A stretch of 11,524 nucleotides of DNA from a virus (Duplodnaviria > Heunggongvirae > Uroviricota > Caudoviricetes). The notes beneath the pieces were generated by a model. The model saw nothing but the letters and a program-made list of their open reading frames with translations. It ran no database searches and was not told the DNA's origin. Position numbers and translations under genes: made by a program. The DNA is taken from positions 1 to 11,524 of the IMG/VR virus record IMGVR_UViG_2534681657_000015. One strand, written 5' to 3'. This document shows positions 7,480 through 11,524 of this stretch, piece after piece; position 1 is the stretch's first letter; each line of letters starts with the position of its first letter.

Positions 7480-7506
7480 AAAAAATCGCCCTCACATTGG
7501 AGGGCA
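7480..7506 (-). terminator. Candidate intrinsic terminator on the minus strand (GCCCTC / CAATGT / GAGGGC then GATTTTTTAT), just upstream of ea10
   Basis: Plus strand 7480-7506 taaaaaatcgccctcacattggagggc; the reverse complement gives a 6-bp GC-rich stem and a U-run; position is compatible with a tL-type terminator that N antitermination would read through. Confidence 0.4.
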
Positions 7507-7719
7507 AAGAAGATTTCCAATAATCAGAACAAGTCGGCTCCTGTTTAGTTACGAGCGACATTGCTCAGTGTATTCACTCGTTGGAATGAATACACAGTGC
7601 AGTGTTTATTAGTATGCCTGTCTTTTAACCACATCAGGCTCGGTGGTTCTCGTGTACCCCTACAGCGAGAAATCGGATAAACTCTATTCACCCCTACAGA
7701 GAGCAAAAGAGAAACGCCG

Positions 7720-8301
7720 ATGAACAACTCATGGTGGCAGGAACTAATGCATTTTTTCCTGCAAGGAATGACACTTAAACAGTTGATTCATATGCTAATC
7801 ATCCTGATCATATTGATTATTGTTATGCCTGTAAGCGTAAAAGAATGGATAAACCTGCATAATCCAGAAATCCTTCCTCATTACTGGATGTATTACATCC
7901 TGTTGTTTTGCGTTAGCTATGTGCTTAACGGCGTTGTTAATTCCGCTTATCACGCTGTGACTGAAAGAATTGAGATATTCGCTGCTCAGAAGCGCAAATC
8001 TAAAGAAGAGAAATACGTGCAAGATTTGTTTGATTCGTTAACTCTTGGAGAAAGAGCGTATTTGGCATTCGCTGTAGCCGCTAATAACCAGCTAAAGACA
8101 GAAAAGGGAAGCCCTGAAGCAATCTCATTGCTCGAAAAAGGGCTTCTTATTCGGGTACCTTCTGCTACTGGATATCCTGAAATCGACCGTTTTGTTATCC
8201 CGGAACGCTATAGAAATGAGTGCTACATTAGGTTTGCTGGGAAGAAAGACAGTCTTATGGATGAACTTATCGCTCAGGATAAGCATGGCAAAAACAAGTA
8301 A
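7720..8301 (+). CDS. sieB: Superinfection exclusion protein B (SieB-type), inner-membrane protein
   Basis: 193-aa plus-strand ORF with N-terminal TM segments (LIHMLIILIILIIVMPV, YWMYYILLFCVSYVLNGVV), transcribed opposite to the early-left operon between ea10 and N, as sieB is in lambda/P22. Confidence 0.8.
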   Translation: MNNSWWQELMHFFLQGMTLKQLIHMLIILIILIIVMPVSVKEWINLHNPEILPHYWMYYILLFCVSYVLNGVVNSAYHAVTERIEIFAAQKRKSKEEKYVQDLFDSLTLGERAYLAFAVAANNQLKTEKGSPEAISLLEKGLLIRVPSATGYPEIDRFVIPERYRNECYIRFAGKKDSLMDELIAQDKHGKNK

Positions 8302-8317
8302 TTAGCAAATTAATTTA

Positions 8318-8590
8318 TCATCTCGCCGTCAGTTGTTTTGATTTCCGGTAGCCTGCCGCGTAAATGGCTACGTTTGGCAGGCAAATACTTCCACTGCATT
8401 CATCTGCCTTCTTGCAGCGAAGGCTTCCGAGTGATGCTGCTTTGTCTGCTCTGACGCAACCAGAGAGCTTTAGCGCAATTTTTCGCGCCAGTCGCTGTTC
8501 TTGCATTGCCTGCTCACGTTGAGCCTGTCTGCGTGCTCTGCGGCGATTTCTGGCGTTATTGTCAGCCAGATATGTAATGACTACTGCCAT
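8318..8590 (-). CDS. N: N-family transcription antiterminator (90 aa) with an N-terminal arginine-rich motif (NARNRRRARRQAQREQ) and a P22 gp24/phage-21-type C-terminus
   Basis: First gene downstream of the PL/nutL region on the minus strand; N-terminal arginine-rich motif; the C-terminal tail LPNVAIYAAGYRKSKQLTAR resembles the end of P22-type N proteins as I recall them; clearly not lambda N. Confidence 0.7.
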   Translation of the reverse strand: MAVVITYLADNNARNRRRARRQAQREQAMQEQRLARKIALKLSGCVRADKAASLGSLRCKKADECSGSICLPNVAIYAAGYRKSKQLTAR

Positions 8591-8699
8591 GTTGACCTCC
8601 GATGATTAACTTTGGCGGTGACGCGCCGGGTGCTTATCTTCCGGTTGCCGTCGTGCAGCTGCACTTCACGTCACCCCAAAGCCAACTACTCTTTGGTTC

Positions 8700-8740
8700 C
8701 CGCATTTCGGCGGGACAATCCCATCAATGTTAAAGAGCCT
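8700..8740 (-). promoter_or_regulatory. nutL: nutL: boxA (GCTCTTTAACA, 8729-8739 on the minus strand) and boxB hairpin (UCCCGCCGAAAUGCGGGA, 8700-8717)
   Basis: Minus-strand read aggCTCTTTAACAttgatgggattgTCCCGCCGAAATGCGGGAacc between PL and N; the identical boxA/boxB pair recurs downstream of cro on the plus strand. Confidence 0.55.
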
Positions 8741-8770
8741 GCCAATCTGTTCCGTTTGGCTACCAGCGTC

Positions 8771-8850
8771 CTGCCGATGACTTAAATTTAAGATTTCTTT
8801 AACTATTGGTCAAGAGTGTTTTTGAAGAAAACTTAAATTTTGTTGCGAAG
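8771..8850 (-). promoter_or_regulatory. OL/PL region: leftward promoter (-35 TTGACC at 8798-8803, -10 TAAATT at 8775-8780, 17-bp spacer) overlapping P22-type TTAAG...CTTAA operator half-sites
   Basis: Direct read of the reverse complement TTGACCaatagttaaagaaatctTAAATT; operator-like atttaagatttctttaa resembles the OR site atttaagtgttctttaat. Confidence 0.5.
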
Positions 8851-8870
8851 CTTAAGTTTTGCTTTGATTT

Positions 8871-8895
8871 TTAAAGGAAAGAAAAAAAGGGGCGA
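8871..8895 (-). terminator. Intrinsic terminator downstream of the repressor gene (AAGGGGC / ATTC / GCCCCTT followed by a TTTTTTTC run on the minus strand)
   Basis: Plus strand gaaaaaaaggggcgaatgcccctt at 8871-8894, immediately 3' of the c2 stop (8903). Confidence 0.55.
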
Positions 8896-8902
8896 ATGCC
8901 CC

Positions 8903-9553
8903 TTATGGAAGGTTTGCTATTTTTGCATCGACAACTACACCGATGATTTTGCAGTTCCCGTTGATCTCAATCATCGGATATTGTGGGTTAAGTGGTTTTA
9001 GAAACCTTCTGCCAGCATCAATAACTAACTTCTTGAAAGTTGCCTCGTTTTCTCCTTCGAGCTTTGCCACTACCAGCTTCCCATTACGAGGTTCTACTTC
9101 AGGATCGACTAGTATTATCATCCCTTCCGGGATGCTAAGCCCGGCTGGAGCCGTCATCGAATCACCCTTTACGTCCAGCCAAAACGAATCTTCTGAACAA
9201 TCTACGGTTGTATCGTACCAGTTATCTATTGCACGCTTATGATATGGCTCTACAGCTTCCATCCAACATCCTGCGCTTACCCAACTAATTAGAGGATACG
9301 AACCTCTTGGATCATGCCTGCTGTGATAGGCAATGTTTGAAAGACTATCTTCTCCTTTCAACAAGTAATCAGGGGAGCACTGTAAAGCCTTGGCTAAAGC
9401 CAATAGGTTTTCGCCATTGGGCTCAGTTTCAGAACGCTCCCATTGGGAAATAGCAACATTAGACACGCCAACCATCTTGCCGAGGGCAGCCTGCCTAATC
9501 TTAAGTTCTTTTCTGCGAGCGCGAATACGCTCACCCATCAGTTGTGTATTCAT
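8903..9553 (-). CDS. c2: Phage repressor, P22 C2 type (lambda CI family): N-terminal HTH DNA-binding domain plus C-terminal LexA-like autocleavage domain
   Basis: 216-aa ORF MNTQLMGERIRARRKELKIRQAALGKMVGVSNVAISQWERSETEPNGENLLALAKALQCSPDYLL..., near-identical to P22 C2 from memory; Ala-Gly cleavage site (VSAGCW) and a Ser/Lys catalytic pair (GDSM ... K) are present. Confidence 0.95.
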   Translation of the reverse strand: MNTQLMGERIRARRKELKIRQAALGKMVGVSNVAISQWERSETEPNGENLLALAKALQCSPDYLLKGEDSLSNIAYHSRHDPRGSYPLISWVSAGCWMEAVEPYHKRAIDNWYDTTVDCSEDSFWLDVKGDSMTAPAGLSIPEGMIILVDPEVEPRNGKLVVAKLEGENEATFKKLVIDAGRRFLKPLNPQYPMIEINGNCKIIGVVVDAKIANLP

Positions 9554-9554
9554 A

Positions 9555-9621
9555 GTTAAGACATCTTAAATAAACTTGACTTAAGATTCCTTTGATAGAT
9601 AATTTAAGTGTTCTTTAATTT
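9555..9621. promoter_or_regulatory. OR operator cluster with divergent promoters: three P22-type operators (agTTAAGAcaTCTTAAat, acTTAAGAttcCTTTgat, atTTAAGTgtTCTTTAAt); PR -35 TTGACT (9576-9581) and -10 GATAAT (9598-9603)
   Basis: Direct read of the 80-bp intergenic region between the divergent c2 and cro genes. Confidence 0.6.
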
Positions 9622-9633
9622 CGGGGCGAGTCT

Positions 9634-9819
9634 ATGTACAAGAAAGATGTTATCGACCACTTCGGAACCCAGCGTGCGGTAGCTAAAGCGTTAGGCATTA
9701 GCGATGCAGCAGTCTCTCAGTGGAAGGAAGTCATCCCAGAGAAAGACGCCTATCGACTGGAAGTCGTTACAGCTGGCGCCCTGAAGTATCAAGAAAGTGC
9801 TTATCGCAAAGCGGCATAA
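9634..9819 (+). CDS. cro: Cro repressor, P22 type (61 aa)
   Basis: MYKKDVIDHFGTQRAVAKALGISDAAVSQWKEVIPEKDAYRLEVVTAGALKYQESAYRKAA, P22 Cro-like, with HTH QRAVAKALGISDAAVSQW. Confidence 0.9.
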   Translation: MYKKDVIDHFGTQRAVAKALGISDAAVSQWKEVIPEKDAYRLEVVTAGALKYQESAYRKAA

Positions 9820-9825
9820 GCAAAT

Positions 9826-9869
9826 TGCTCTTTAACAGTCATGGTCCTTATTCCCGCCGAAATGCGGGA
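9826..9869 (+). promoter_or_regulatory. nutR: nutR: boxA (GCTCTTTAACA, 9827-9837) and boxB hairpin (UCCCGCCGAAAUGCGGGA, 9852-9869)
   Basis: Plus strand ttGCTCTTTAACAgtcatggtccttatTCCCGCCGAAATGCGGGAat just downstream of cro; same elements as nutL in the opposite orientation. Confidence 0.55.
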
Positions 9870-9927
9870 ATACAACGCGCATCAGTTGGTGCGTATAACT
9901 TCTTATTTGTTAAGGAAATACTTACAT

Positions 9928-10206
9928 ATGCAACTTACAAGTACTCGCAAGAAAGCGAATGCAATCACAAGCAACATCCTGAATCGAATTGCTGTACGTG
10001 GTCAGCGAAAGGTTGCTGATGCATTAGGGATTAATGAATCGCAAATTTCGCGATGGAAAGACAGCTTTATCCCAAAGATGGCCATGCTTCTGGCTGTGCT
10101 GGAGTGGGGTGTTGAAGACGAGGAATTAGCAAAGCTAGCAAAGAAAGTAGCCATGGTGCTGACAAAAGAAAAGCCTCAAGACTGCTGCAACAGTTTTGAG
10201 GCCTGA
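9928..10206 (+). CDS. c1: CII-family transcriptional activator, P22 C1 type (92 aa)
   Basis: Internal start of the 121-aa track ORF: MQLTSTRKKANAITSNILNRIAVRGQRKVADALGINESQISRWKDSFIPKMAMLLAVLEWG..., preceded by an AAGGA SD at 9912-9916; the 9841 start would place nutR inside the coding region. Confidence 0.85.
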   Translation: MQLTSTRKKANAITSNILNRIAVRGQRKVADALGINESQISRWKDSFIPKMAMLLAVLEWGVEDEELAKLAKKVAMVLTKEKPQDCCNSFEA

Positions 10207-10240
10207 TGTAGAAAGACTGGATCAATCCACAGGAGTCATT

Positions 10241-10268
10241 ATGACAAATACAGCAAAAATACTCAACT
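10241..10268 (+). pseudogene. O: 5' fragment of the replication initiator gene O (MTNTAKILNL...), interrupted after about 9 codons by the IS insertion
   Basis: AGGAG SD at 10231-10235 then atgacaaatacagcaaaaatactcaacttg = MTNTAKILNL, the N-terminus of lambda O (MTNTAKILNFGR...) from memory; the reading frame is broken at 10269 where the IS terminal repeat (TGAACCGCCCCGGG...) begins. Confidence 0.7.
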
Positions 10269-10322
10269 TGAACCGCCCCGGGAATCCTGGAGACTAAACT
10301 TCCTGAGAAAGAGGTAAACAGG

Positions 10323-10649
10323 ATGACTAAAAATACTCGTTTTTCCCCCGAAGTCCGTCAACGGGCAGTCCGTATGGTTCTGGAAAGTCAGGGCGAATAT
10401 GACTCACAATGGGCGACAATTTGTTCCATTGCTCCAAAGACTGGCTGTACGCCGGAGACTCTGCGTGTCTGGGTTCGCCAGCATGAGCGGGATACCGGGG
10501 GCGGTGATGGAGGGCTCACCACCGCTGAACGTCAGCGTCTGAAAGAGCTGGAGCGTGAAAATCGTGAACTGCGCCGCAGTAACGATATTCTTCGCCAGGC
10601 TTCCGCTTATTTTGCGAAGGCGGAGTTCGACCGCCTCTGGAAAAAATGA
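10323..10649 (+). CDS. IS3-family transposase OrfA (HTH / leucine-zipper DNA-binding subunit), 108 aa
   Basis: [60 protein letters not shown]...[36 protein letters not shown]. Confidence 0.9.
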   Translation: MTKNTRFSPEVRQRAVRMVLESQGEYDSQWATICSIAPKTGCTPETLRVWVRQHERDTGGGDGGLTTAERQRLKELERENRELRRSNDILRQASAYFAKAEFDRLWKK

Positions 10650-11524
10650 TGCCACTGCTGGATAAGCTGCGTGAGCAGTACGGGGTCGGACCGCTATGCA
10701 GCGAACTGCATATTGCCCCGTCAACGTATTACCACTGTCAGCAACAGCGACATCATCCGGATAAACGCAGTGCCCGTGCGCAGCGCGATAACTGGCTGAA
10801 GAAAGAGATACAGCGCGTATACGATGAAAATCACAAGGTATACGGTGTGCGTAAAGTCTGGCGTCAGTTGTTACGGGAAGGTATCAGAGTGGCCAGATGC
10901 ACTGTGGCACGTCTCATGGCGGTTATGGGACTTGCCGGTGTTCTCCGGGGTAAAAAGGTCCGTACGACCATCAGCCGGAAAGCCGTTGCCGCAGGCGACC
11001 GCGTAAACCGTCAGTTCGTGGCAGAACGACCTGACCAGCTGTGGGTGGCTGATTTTACTTACGTCAGCACATGGCGGGGCTTCGTCTATGTGGCGTTCAT
11101 CATTGATGTGTTTGCCGGATACATCGTGGGGTGGCGGGTCTCATCGTCCATGGAAACGACATTCGTGCTGGATGCACTGGAGCAGGCGTTATGGGCCCGT
11201 CGACCGTCCGGCACGGTCCATCACAGTGATAAAGGTTCTCAGTATGTATCGCTGGCCTACACACAGCGGCTTAAGGAAGCCGGATTACTGGCATCAACAG
11301 GAAGTACAGGCGACTCGTATGACAACGCGATGGCGGAGAGCATCAATGGTCTTTACAAAGCGGAGGTAATACACCGTAAGAGCTGGAAAAACCGTGCAGA
11401 AGTAGAACTGGCCACACTCACGTGGGTGGACTGGTATAACAATCGACGATTGCTGGAAAGGCTGGGCCATACTCCTCCGGCAGAAGCAGAAAAAGCTTAT
11501 TATGCTTCCATCGGAAACGATGAT
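10646..11524 (+). CDS. IS3-family transposase OrfB (DDE/RNase-H-fold catalytic domain), -1 frame relative to OrfA, 3' end off the window
   Basis: Hand translation from the ATG at 10646 gives [29 protein letters not shown]...[38 protein letters not shown]...[11 protein letters not shown]...[20 protein letters not shown]..., an open frame to the window end containing integrase-core motifs (D...D...E). Absent from the ORF track, presumably because no stop codon lies inside the window. Confidence 0.85.
   Translation, partial: MMPLLDKLREQYGVGPLCSELHIAPSTYYHCQQQRHHPDKRSARAQRDNWLKKEIQRVYDENHKVYGVRKVWRQLLREGIRVARCTVARLMAVMGLAGVLRGKKVRTTISRKAVAAGDRVNRQFVAERPDQLWVADFTYVSTWRGFVYVAFIIDVFAGYIVGWRVSSSMETTFVLDALEQALWARRPSGTVHHSDKGSQYVSLAYTQRLKEAGLLASTGSTGDSYDNAMAESINGLYKAEVIHRKSWKNRAEVELATLTWVDWYNNRRLLERLGHTPPAEAEKAYYASIGNDD

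Larger units (their letters stand above)
10269..11524 (+). mobile_element. IS3-family insertion sequence (IS3 group; resembles IS629/IS1203/IS3411 from memory), left end at 10269, right end beyond the window
   Basis: Terminal sequence begins TG...; orfA and orfB are arranged with a -1 frame overlap at an A6 run, the hallmark of IS3-family elements. Confidence 0.9.

Noticed and set aside
7545-7727. 60-aa minus-strand ORF between ea10 and sieB, considered as a possible ral
   Set aside because: It overlaps the sieB start and its upstream repeats, has an implausible composition, and does not resemble Ral as far as I can recall; treated as non-coding regulatory DNA.
7795-8022. 75-aa minus-strand ORF inside sieB
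   Set aside because: Antisense to sieB; the sieB frame has the expected TM segments and position.
8943-9242. 99-aa plus-strand ORF antisense to the c2 repressor
   Set aside because: Embedded in the repressor gene; Ser-rich antisense artefact.
9720-10019. 99-aa plus-strand ORF overlapping the cro end, nutR and the c1 start; also the 9841 start of the 121-aa c1 ORF
   Set aside because: Different frame from cro and c1, and would span the nut site; the c1 start at 9928 has a good SD and gives the expected 92-aa CII-like protein.
10404-11369. ORFs 10404-10724 (-), 10824-11006 (+) and 11088-11369 (+) inside the IS element
   Set aside because: They are alternative frames or the antisense strand of the IS orfA/orfB transposase genes; the real orfB frame is open from 10646 to the window end.
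1-11524. Scan for CRISPR arrays, tRNA genes and rRNA genes
   Set aside because: No regularly spaced direct repeats, no tRNA-like cloverleaf candidates and no rRNA-like sequence seen; the att site here is the intergenic lambda attB, not a tRNA gene.

Overview
The window is the left (attL-proximal) end of a lambda-family prophage integrated at the canonical E. coli lambda attachment site, beside the host lipoprotein gene ybhC. The whole map reads: ybhC (host, minus) - attL (core GCTTTTTTATACTAA at 1331-1345, then lambda P' arm) - int - xis - small orf - AT-rich replacement segment carrying a plus-strand membrane-protein gene - TraR/DksA-like zinc-finger gene - small coupled orfs - exo - bet - gam - kil - cIII - ea10 - sieB (plus) - N-like antiterminator - nutL/PL/OL - P22-type c2 repressor - OR/PR - cro - nutR - c1 (cII-like) - first 9 codons of the replication gene O - IS3-family insertion sequence (orfA/orfB, runs off the window). 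The recombination and early-left genes are lambda-type, while the immunity region is P22-type with a divergent N protein and matching boxB hairpins, so the prophage is mosaic. The most interesting locus is the roughly 1 kb AT-rich segment at 2893-3947, which sits where I recall lambda having ea8.5/ea22 and encodes an uncharacterised three-TM membrane protein transcribed against the early-left operon. The second is the IS insertion that truncates O, which probably leaves the prophage unable to replicate. All identifications rest on reading the translations against remembered protein families and lambda/P22 gene order; no database search was run, and lambda coordinates quoted from memory are approximate.
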